Source of the DNA: a virus
Taxonomy: Duplodnaviria; Caudoviricetes
Length of the DNA stretch: 44,526 nt
Reading direction: 5' to 3' (one strand)
IMG/VR virus record: IMGVR_UViG_3300017747_003050
Span: 1 to 44,526 of that record
This document shows, piece after piece, positions 18,440-26,151 of this stretch. Position numbers and translations under genes: made by a program. The number at the start of each line of letters is the position of its first letter. Within the stretch, counting starts at the first letter, position 1. The notes under the pieces were generated by a model. It had not been told where the DNA came from. It saw only the letters and a list, made by a program, of their open reading frames with translations, and searched no databases.

Positions 18440-19839
18440 GCACGTTCCGCGCATTCCAGACGGGCCTAGAAGCCGGTCAACAGCAGGCCAAGACACGGCG
18501 TCAGGACGACGCTCGCCGCAAGGCTACCGAAGCCTATGGCATGGGAAACTATGAGGGTGCTGTCACCGGGCTCATGAGCGAAGGGCTGACGGACGAGGCG
18601 AGCAACTTCAACACGCTGGGTCAGCAGGCCAAAACACGCAAACAGCAGGAGGGCTATGCGACAGCCTTGGGAAGCGCACCGGACCAGCGCACGGGCTATC
18701 AGAACCTCCGCCAGCAAGCGACGGCAGCAGGCGACCCTGACACCATCCTGAAAGTGGATGAAGCGCTCAAGGGCATGGACGCAGACCAAGCCGCGAAGTT
18801 TGGCGAGGGCATGGAGTTCCTCGGCAAGACCGCGCTGGGGCTCAAGCAAGTACCTCCCGAAGCACGCGGGAAAGCGGCGATCGAAGCAATCCAAAGCTCG
18901 CCCTATGCGAACCCGCAAATCCTGCAACAGATCCAGCAGGCAGCGGCAGACGGCAAGATCACGGACGAGGAGCTGGACAACTTCGCAATGCAGACGATGA
19001 GCGTTGCGGATCGGTTGAAGGCGCAGCGCGAGGCGGCGCCGAAGCCCGCTGAGCCGTTCACACTGTCGCCGGGCCAGATCAGATATGAAGCGGACGGCAC
19101 GCAGCTTGCTCGCGCACCGGAGACGCCCAAGGCGGCGGGAGCCGGTGCTCCCGGTAGCCTGACAACCAATCAGGCCCTGAACTTCCAGTTCAAGCTGGAT
19201 GATCTGGACCGTGAACTGACCGAGAAAGAAAGGGTCAGAAAGTCCAGCCTCGCTTCGATCAACGAAAACCTCGCGCTTGTTAATCGGTTCACCGACGACA
19301 GCACGCCAGAGGCCAAGGCCAAATTCGAAGCCACCTACGGCAACATGATCAATCCGACCGGCAAGAAGGATGACGCCTTCAACTGGAACGTTGCGCTGGA
19401 TACCAACCGCGCGGACGGAATGGCTATTCTTGATCAGTTGGGCGGCAGCGCCTTCCTCGACTCAATCCAGGCCATGAAGGGAAGCGGCTCGCTGTCCGAT
19501 GCGGAAGGCGCTCGCGTGACGGCTGCGGCAACACGCCTGATGACTGTTACGATGAGCGACACGGAAGCGAGGATTGCTGCGAAAGACTTCAAGGAGAAAC
19601 TTCAGCGGTACAAGACGGCTCTGGAAAACGACATCGCAGACAGCCGCAAAGCGGAAGCAAGGCGACGCCAGCAGCTTGAGGGGATGATGGGCCGTCCAGC
19701 GCCGCCGGAAGCCGCGCCCGCTGCGACAAGGACGCGGGAGGGCGTTCCGTATCTGCTCGCCAAGCCGCAAAACGCATCGCCTGCCCCAATTGAAGAAATG
19801 TCCGACGACGAACTAGAGCGCATTGCGCGGGGCGGGTGA
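18436..19839 (+). CDS. DNA ejection protein (P22 gp20-like position)
   Basis: 467 aa helical protein; FTLSPGQIRY and MKGSGSLSDAEG motifs typical of internal virion proteins. Confidence 0.65.
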   Translation: MSTFRAFQTGLEAGQQQAKTRRQDDARRKATEAYGMGNYEGAVTGLMSEGLTDEASNFNTLGQQAKTRKQQEGYATALGSAPDQRTGYQNLRQQATAAGDPDTILKVDEALKGMDADQAAKFGEGMEFLGKTALGLKQVPPEARGKAAIEAIQSSPYANPQILQQIQQAAADGKITDEELDNFAMQTMSVADRLKAQREAAPKPAEPFTLSPGQIRYEADGTQLARAPETPKAAGAGAPGSLTTNQALNFQFKLDDLDRELTEKERVRKSSLASINENLALVNRFTDDSTPEAKAKFEATYGNMINPTGKKDDAFNWNVALDTNRADGMAILDQLGGSAFLDSIQAMKGSGSLSDAEGARVTAAATRLMTVTMSDTEARIAAKDFKEKLQRYKTALENDIADSRKAEARRRQQLEGMMGRPAPPEAAPAATRTREGVPYLLAKPQNASPAPIEEMSDDELERIARGG

Positions 19840-22800
19840 TGCAACCGACACCGGAAGAGGCACGCGCCGAACTAGAGCGGCGCAAGGCATCTCGTGTAGC
19901 TGCTCCAACCTCGCAGCCTGTGCAGCCTATGGGCATATCGGCAGAGGCAGCAAAGGCTGAGCTTGCGCGCCGCGCGGCAGCAAAGCAGCAAGCAGCGCCA
20001 TCAGACCGCACCGCGCCGCCTATCCAATACGGCATAGATCCGGGCCGCGTGCGGGAGATGTATGACGCCAAGTTCAAGGACGAGTTCAATCCGGATGAAG
20101 TGACGCCTCCGCCTGCGCTTTGGGAAGCGCCGGTAAATGTCGCGAAGGCTCTGGATAGTGAAGACGACAAGCTGGCCCGACGCATCGTTGGTCGGCGTAT
20201 CGACGGCGTTGGTCCCCGCACTCCCGACCCAACGCAAGCGCCAATCTCGGAACAGCAACTCAGCAGTCAAAGCTACTGGAACGCCGAGAAGCCGCCCGAG
20301 CCGATGACGAACACCGTCAAACGCGCTGCCCGTAAAGCAACGAACGTTCTTTCCGAAACCGTGAATATGGGGCTGGAAGCGTTCGACTATGGCCGCGGCG
20401 CTCTTGAACCTGGCCCGCGCATTCCGATGCTGGATGTTCCAGAGGCGCAGGACGCTGGACAGGCGATTTCGGATGTAGGCGGCACAATCCTCGGCTTGGC
20501 TGCGCCGCTCACCGGACCCGCAAAAGCCTTTCAAGCAGGCGGGCAGGCCCTTCGCAGTACAAGTGTGATTGGTCGAACCGCTGCCGCCATCACGCCGCAA
20601 GGCACAAGCAAGCTGGCTCAGGCCACGCGCCTAGGTGGCCGGACTGTTGCGATGGCCCCCGAAGCTGCTGCTACGGCGTTTGGCGCTGGAGCCATCCTTG
20701 GCGGCGAAAACATGGGCGGCGATGGCGACCGCCTGAAATCGGGCGTCGAGTTTGCGTCTGACCCTATCAACTACATCGCCCAGCCTGCCGCCATGTTCCT
20801 CAACCGTGCGGCAATCTTCGTCAAAACAGCAGGCCAGCGCGTTACCCCGGAAGTTGTGCAGGTCCAGCGCGCTGAGGAAGTATTGCGCCGGGCCAACGCA
20901 ACTGCTGCGGAGCAGGCATCGGCAAAGCAGGTAATCGACCAACTCACCCCACCATTGCCAGAGGACGCTCCCAAGCCCTTCTCAGCCCCTCCTGAGCCCA
21001 TTGGGCGCGGTGTCGTGCGGCGCAACCTGGACCGGATCATCGGTGGCGGCGTTGGCGCTACGCTGGGCGGCACTGGCGATGCAATGGCCGCTCCCGGCGA
21101 TGGGGATAGCGGCGGCTTGCCCGGTGGTGCTGCTACCGGCGCGGCGATCGGCATCTTCGGACCTCGTGCGCTGGCAGCGGCGGGAAGCCGTGGGTTCCGT
21201 TCAGCGGCGCGGATGGTGCAGAGCCCGGCTTCTCGTGCTGGCTTTGACGAGCGTGTCGCATCGCGCGCAGTACGCAAGGCGCTCCTCTCAGGCGGCATCA
21301 AGTCCGAGCAGGACGCCCTGAACGCTGCCCGCGCGAAGTTTGGCGACAAGCCCGCATCCGTGGCCGACCTGACGCAAGAGGGTGTCAGCACAACTGCGGG
21401 CATTTCGCGCCTGCCGGGTGCGACTGGAGAGGCAGCGCGTTCTCGCGGCGAGGACCTGATCCAGACCCGTGGTGGCCGGCTGGAGCGCGACATCGGCGGC
21501 GCAACCGGCGCGTCACCTGCGACCATTGCAGGCGACGTTGACCGCATGGTGGAGCTTGCTCGTGAGCAGGCGACCCCGGCTTACAACTCGCTGAAGGTGC
21601 AATTCCCGACCGGAAGCCTCGCCAGCCCGCGCTTGACGCAGTTGGGCAAGATTAAAGCGCTCGCGCCGCATACCAAGGCGGTGGACGGTTATCGCAAGAC
21701 GGTACAGGCAACCGAAGGCCGGGCCGTTGGAGACTTCGAATATTGGGATCTGGTCAAGCGTGACATTGACGCCAAGGAGCAACAGCTCCTCGCCTCTGGC
21801 GCTACGCTGGATGACATCCGCGTGCGCAAGCTGGAAGACACCCGCAGCGCACTGGTGGAAGAACTCGACAAACTGATGCCGGACTATCCCGCCGCTCGCC
21901 AGTTAGGCGGTGAAGCGCCGAAGATGAATGCGGCGTTCAAACAGGGTCAGGGCCTGCTCGGCGGGCGCTACACGGCAGAGGATGTGTCCCGCGTTGCCGA
22001 GAGCGTTACGGGCCAGCCCCTGACCGCGCTGCAAGCGGGCGTCATCCGCTCTATGGTTGGCAAGACCGAAGGCGCGGGCGGCGCTGTTGCGTCTCTGACT
22101 AGCGCAGGGGCGCGCAAGAAGCTGGAGCGCGTGTTCGGCAAGGGTCCAGCCGACGAGATGCAGGCTCGCTTCGCAGCGGATGCATCGATCGTGCAGAACG
22201 CCTCGCGCATGAACCCGAACGTTGGTTCCGTCACGTCTCAAGCCGAGATGGGCGCGGGCGGTATCCTTCCCACGGCTGCGGATCTGATCCGCATGGGTAC
22301 GAACCCCATGCAGACAGCCCTGGCGGCCATGTCCAAATCCGGCAGCTACACCAAAGCCCAACGCGACCTCATGGGCCAGATGCTGCTGGAAGGCGTGACG
22401 CCTGAGAACGTCGCCCGCATCTTCGCCGGCAAGAAGCCCAAGGGCGGCGCTCCTGCAACACCGGCAGCGGGTCCGACAACCGGGCTAGGCGGAACAGCTT
22501 CATCCTCAGTGGCGGGCGGTGTGGCTGGCGGGGTTCTGGCAACCGGGCTCGGCGGCGTTGCCAACGCGCAGGAGGCAGAAGGAAACAACGAGTTTCTGGC
22601 CCCTCTGGCTCAAGAGCGCGATCGGATCAAAAAGCTAGAAGCCGAGCTGAACATCATCGAGAACGGGACCGTTGAAGAGAAGCAGGCATATCTTGCCGAG
22701 ACGCGCGGCTTGAAAGTCAGCGCGGACGGAACGCCGGACGGCAAGCTTGGACCCGATACGCGCGCCGCGATTGCAAAGGCTCGGACGGATCTGGAAGCGG

Positions 22801-23642
22801 CTATCAACGCTGGACGCGACCGCGAAAAAACCATCTCCGGTAAGGCGGAAAGCCGTCGCGCAGAGATTGAGATGAAAGGCGCTTTTGATCGCACGAAGCC
22901 AGACGGCATGATAGAACTCGCGCGCGAGCTGGGACCGTGGGTCGGTATCGGAGTGGGGGTTCTCGCTGGGGCGCTGATGCGTAAAGGCGCGGTCAAGAAA
23001 AACTCAGCAGAATCGGCCATGAAAGCCGCATCGCTCAACAGGCTTGTCTCAGACGCGACGCCAACAACGTCCGACATAATGACCGGACGCAAGGCGATGG
23101 GCAAACGCGCAACCAACCTCAACGAGTTCTTTTATCAGGGCGGTGCTGGCAAGGCGGATAACCTGAAACAGCGCGTTGGCATGGAACCCAAGAAGGGCGT
23201 TCCCTTCATGACGGACGACAACGGCGACTGGATGGCTAGGCCCAACGCGAAGGAAGCGTTTGATCTGTTCAAGCCTGGAACCAAGCACTTCAAGATGATG
23301 GACATGGCCGTCATCGGAGCGTCGATGGCCGAATCCGAGTTCGCCGGAAATCTTGCCAAGGGCTTTCACGAAGAAGCGAAGCAAGCTCAGGCGGCAGTGG
23401 ACAAGGCGCAGGAAGAAGGCAACGCGGCCAACCTCGAAATTGCTATGGCGCGGCTTGAGAGCGCAAAGAATGCCGAGGCTGCGGCCATTGCGTTCCAGCG
23501 GTTCGGTCAGGTGGCAGCGCTTGCCCGAACGGCTGGAGCGTTCAAAATGCCCTACGAGTACACGCGGCCCAACGTCAAAAAGGCGCAGGCCGATCAGGCG
23601 CTAATCCTCGACGCTATCCGGCGCAGCGCTAACATCCCGTGA
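19836..23642 (+). CDS. Large DNA ejection/internal virion protein (P22 gp16-like position) with putative peptidoglycan-binding motif
   Basis: 1268 aa, Ala/Gly-rich, several Gly-zipper hydrophobic stretches; DGKLGPDTRAAI PG-binding-like motif. Confidence 0.7.
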   Translation: MMQPTPEEARAELERRKASRVAAPTSQPVQPMGISAEAAKAELARRAAAKQQAAPSDRTAPPIQYGIDPGRVREMYDAKFKDEFNPDEVTPPPALWEAPVNVAKALDSEDDKLARRIVGRRIDGVGPRTPDPTQAPISEQQLSSQSYWNAEKPPEPMTNTVKRAARKATNVLSETVNMGLEAFDYGRGALEPGPRIPMLDVPEAQDAGQAISDVGGTILGLAAPLTGPAKAFQAGGQALRSTSVIGRTAAAITPQGTSKLAQATRLGGRTVAMAPEAAATAFGAGAILGGENMGGDGDRLKSGVEFASDPINYIAQPAAMFLNRAAIFVKTAGQRVTPEVVQVQRAEEVLRRANATAAEQASAKQVIDQLTPPLPEDAPKPFSAPPEPIGRGVVRRNLDRIIGGGVGATLGGTGDAMAAPGDGDSGGLPGGAATGAAIGIFGPRALAAAGSRGFRSAARMVQSPASRAGFDERVASRAVRKALLSGGIKSEQDALNAARAKFGDKPASVADLTQEGVSTTAGISRLPGATGEAARSRGEDLIQTRGGRLERDIGGATGASPATIAGDVDRMVELAREQATPAYNSLKVQFPTGSLASPRLTQLGKIKALAPHTKAVDGYRKTVQATEGRAVGDFEYWDLVKRDIDAKEQQLLASGATLDDIRVRKLEDTRSALVEELDKLMPDYPAARQLGGEAPKMNAAFKQGQGLLGGRYTAEDVSRVAESVTGQPLTALQAGVIRSMVGKTEGAGGAVASLTSAGARKKLERVFGKGPADEMQARFAADASIVQNASRMNPNVGSVTSQAEMGAGGILPTAADLIRMGTNPMQTALAAMSKSGSYTKAQRDLMGQMLLEGVTPENVARIFAGKKPKGGAPATPAAGPTTGLGGTASSSVAGGVAGGVLATGLGGVANAQEAEGNNEFLAPLAQERDRIKKLEAELNIIENGTVEEKQAYLAETRGLKVSADGTPDGKLGPDTRAAIAKARTDLEAAINAGRDREKTISGKAESRRAEIEMKGAFDRTKPDGMIELARELGPWVGIGVGVLAGALMRKGAVKKNSAESAMKAASLNRLVSDATPTTSDIMTGRKAMGKRATNLNEFFYQGGAGKADNLKQRVGMEPKKGVPFMTDDNGDWMARPNAKEAFDLFKPGTKHFKMMDMAVIGASMAESEFAGNLAKGFHEEAKQAQAAVDKAQEEGNAANLEIAMARLESAKNAEAAAIAFQRFGQVAALARTAGAFKMPYEYTRPNVKKAQADQALILDAIRRSANIP

Positions 23643-23780
23643 GAACAGCATCATGGCGCCGCCTGAGACGATCAGGACGATGCTCATCCACAGCGGCATG
23701 ATCCAGGTCTGAAACGACGCGGGAAAGAACCCGTAGACGCCGAACGCCACGAACAGCAGGCCCGCAATCCAGAGCTTCAT
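23601..23780 (-). CDS. Antisense small two-TM protein (59 aa, MKLWIAGLLFVAFGVYGFFPASFQTWIMPLWMSIVLIVSGGAMMLFSRDVSAAPDSVED)
   Basis: Hand-translated, below the ORF-track cutoff; RBS GAGG before the ATG; two hydrophobic helices. Confidence 0.65.
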   Translation of the reverse strand: MKLWIAGLLFVAFGVYGFFPASFQTWIMPLWMSIVLIVSGGAMMLFSRDVSAAPDSVED

Positions 23781-23847
23781 CTATCGCCTCGCAAATCACT
23801 CCGAGGCGGACGTTAACACGTCCTAACAATTACTAACAGCAGCCCGC

Positions 23848-23985
23848 CTAAAGCCGCGAGCGCCGCCGTCTTTCGTCTTCTGCGACTAGCAGGACGATTC
23901 CGACTGCGGTGAAAAGGAACGGCCAGCCGCCCAAGCCTGTCCACAGGCCCCAGAGCACCAGACCCAGTCCGACCAATCCGAGCAT
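23848..23985 (-). CDS. Antisense small two-TM protein (45 aa, MLGLVGLGLVLWGLWTGLGGWPFLFTAVGIVLLVAEDERRRRSRL)
   Basis: Hand-translated; RBS GAAGGGG 5 nt before the ATG; hydrophobic hairpin with basic tail. Confidence 0.65.
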   Translation of the reverse strand: MLGLVGLGLVLWGLWTGLGGWPFLFTAVGIVLLVAEDERRRRSRL

Positions 23986-24016
23986 AACAACCCCTTCAGC
24001 AAATCAGGGGCCGAAC

Positions 24017-25438
24017 ATACCCTACATTCCAGTCGTTCCACAGGCCGACCGCCGCCAGCGGTACGGCATGGCGCCCCTGCGCCTGCTCAACATGTTCGCC
24101 GTCCCTATTCCAGCGGAGACAGGCAAGCCTGTTCGGGCGGCGCTTGTGCCAACGCCGGGCCGTGTCCAGCGTGTTGACCTCGGCGCAGAGATACAGGGCA
24201 TCTACTGCGAGGCAGGCGTCAGAAGCGGTGCGCTGTTCGTGGTCGCAGGCGGGACGCTCTACAGCATCTCGTCATCGTGGGTCGCGACATCCATTGGCGC
24301 AATCGGCGGCAGCGGAAACGCGGTCTTTGCCGGCCTGCGTGACAATCTCTACGTCGCACGCGCGGGCAAGCCGTGGCGCTGGAATGGAACATCACTGACG
24401 CAGGTTGCGGACGTGGATGCGCCAGACGCCACCAGCCTGCTTGTCCTGTCTCAGCGCCTCGTCGCATCGGAAGCCGGGGCGGATACCTACTACTGGTCAG
24501 CCGTTCTGGATGGGACGGCATGGGAAGCGCTGGGCTTTGCCACGGCGGAACAGCGGCCCGATGAAATCCGGCGCATGATCCGCCTGTCAGGCCAGATCCT
24601 CGCCCTTGGCGCTGGCAGCATCGAGATCATCCGCGCGACGACATCCACAACGCTCCCGTTCGCCAACATCACGGGCCAGTCGATTGACGAGACGGACGGC
24701 ATACTGAGCCCCGAAGCCTACGCGATCCGCGGTGACAAGCTGTTCCTCATTGGCGGCGACCTCGCGCCCTACGTGATGAACGGGTTCAGCATCAGCCCGC
24801 TCCCGCGCAATGGCGAGATGGAGGATGACCTCATCGCCCTGAGCGCTGCCGACCGGCTGCTTGTGACGTGCCTGGCGTACAAGTACGGCAGCAACGAGTT
24901 CTTCAAGGTCCGCATTCCGAACAAGGCGGCGTTTGTCCTCAATACAACCACAGGCTTCTGGCATCGCGAACAGAATTGGGAGGAGGACACCTACCTCCCG
25001 CAATTCCACGCCAACGCCTACGGCTACAACGTGCTGGCCGATGAGGGCGGGTCTGTCCTCTACACGCTGGACAATACCGTATTCACCGATGCCGGGAACA
25101 CGGTGGAGCGCATCGCCACGCTACGCCCATCCTTCGCGGACTATGAGACAATCGGATCGCTCTGCGTAGACCTGCAAGCGTTCGGGCGTCCCGTTAGCGG
25201 GCAGGGCTCCAACCCTACCATCATGGTGGAAGTCTCGACGGACGGTCGCACGATCCGAGACGACACCCGCTCCGAAATCACGCTGACCCTCGGCGCAGAC
25301 GGACGCTACCAGAAGCCCGTGATGTGGGGCCTTGGCATGGTGTCGCCGGGCGAGGCGACGAACATCTCGATCCGCATGACCGATCCCGCAGGCGTCACAA
25401 TCTATGGCGCGTGGATCAATGAGGGGCAGCGCTCGTGA
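24017..25438 (+). CDS. Packaged-DNA stabilisation / tail hub protein (P22 gp10-like); probable ATA start
   Basis: LRLLNMFA...LVPTPG...FATAEQRPD...TGFWHRE...VSTDG...WGLGM gp10-family motifs; the family-like N-terminus begins at PYIPVV just after RBS AGGGG (ORF track starts at GTG 23909). Confidence 0.8.
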   Translation: MPYIPVVPQADRRQRYGMAPLRLLNMFAVPIPAETGKPVRAALVPTPGRVQRVDLGAEIQGIYCEAGVRSGALFVVAGGTLYSISSSWVATSIGAIGGSGNAVFAGLRDNLYVARAGKPWRWNGTSLTQVADVDAPDATSLLVLSQRLVASEAGADTYYWSAVLDGTAWEALGFATAEQRPDEIRRMIRLSGQILALGAGSIEIIRATTSTTLPFANITGQSIDETDGILSPEAYAIRGDKLFLIGGDLAPYVMNGFSISPLPRNGEMEDDLIALSAADRLLVTCLAYKYGSNEFFKVRIPNKAAFVLNTTTGFWHREQNWEEDTYLPQFHANAYGYNVLADEGGSVLYTLDNTVFTDAGNTVERIATLRPSFADYETIGSLCVDLQAFGRPVSGQGSNPTIMVEVSTDGRTIRDDTRSEITLTLGADGRYQKPVMWGLGMVSPGEATNISIRMTDPAGVTIYGAWINEGQRS

Positions 25439-26148
25439 CGGAAAACGTTCCGTTCCTGCAAGTCGGGCTCAAGATTACCAACGATGACGGGACTCCGGTA
25501 GAGTGGTTCCGCAACGCCTGGAATGCGCTCCTTCTGCGCACAGGGACCGAGACGGATAACAGCGTCGGCGGCATCATCAGCGGGGCGGCGGAACTGCAAG
25601 CGCAGATCGCCGCCGAGGCTGCAGCGCGCATAGCGGGGGATACGGCTGTTGCAGCGGCAGCGGCTGGAAGCTCTGGCGGCACAAGCAACGCCAACGTGTT
25701 CTCCAACGGCGTCAGCAGCGGCGCAACATGGGTCAGCATCTGCACAGTGACGCTGACGCCATCTGGCGCTGGCGGGGACTACTCCATCACGGTCAACACG
25801 GACCTGTATATCAGCGGCGGCCTGAGCGATGACGGGGGCGCGGCTGTCAGCTTCTCAGGCAACTGGCGCATCATCGAGGAACTGACGGGCGGGGGTACTG
25901 AGTACACGCTCGATAGCGGGACGTTTACGGTCGATTACTCGCCCGCAGAAATCTACTCCGAAGGCGGCATCCCGTACACGGTCGGCCCGTTCTGGACCGC
26001 GACATTTGCGGGCTTCGCCGCAGGTCTGATCCCCGCAAACAACAGCGCGCAATCCGACATCCGCTTCGAGATCCAGCGCGCGAGCGGGACGAACGAAATT
26101 ACGAGCCCCGGTCTTTCCGGTTCAATGACTGTAGTCTGGACGGCATAA
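25435..26148 (+). CDS. Tail needle-like protein (gp26-like position): coiled coil plus C-terminal knob
   Basis: Follows the gp10-like gene; LQAQIAAEAAARIAGDTAV coiled coil then a beta-rich domain. Confidence 0.6.
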   Translation: MTENVPFLQVGLKITNDDGTPVEWFRNAWNALLLRTGTETDNSVGGIISGAAELQAQIAAEAAARIAGDTAVAAAAAGSSGGTSNANVFSNGVSSGATWVSICTVTLTPSGAGGDYSITVNTDLYISGGLSDDGGAAVSFSGNWRIIEELTGGGTEYTLDSGTFTVDYSPAEIYSEGGIPYTVGPFWTATFAGFAAGLIPANNSAQSDIRFEIQRASGTNEITSPGLSGSMTVVWTA

Positions 26149-26151
26149 ATC

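Noticed and set aside
19836-23642. Tape-measure protein of a long-tailed phage
   Set aside because: No tail tube, sheath or tail-assembly chaperone genes; the neighbours are P22-like adaptor, gp10 and pilot proteins
23629-23829. 66-aa minus-strand ORF in the track
   Set aside because: An overlapping frame (23601..23780) has a proper ATG, RBS and coherent TM pattern
23909-24016. N-terminal extension of the gp10-like ORF from GTG 23909
   Set aside because: Low-complexity Pro/Ser/Thr sequence with no RBS that mirrors the antisense membrane ORF
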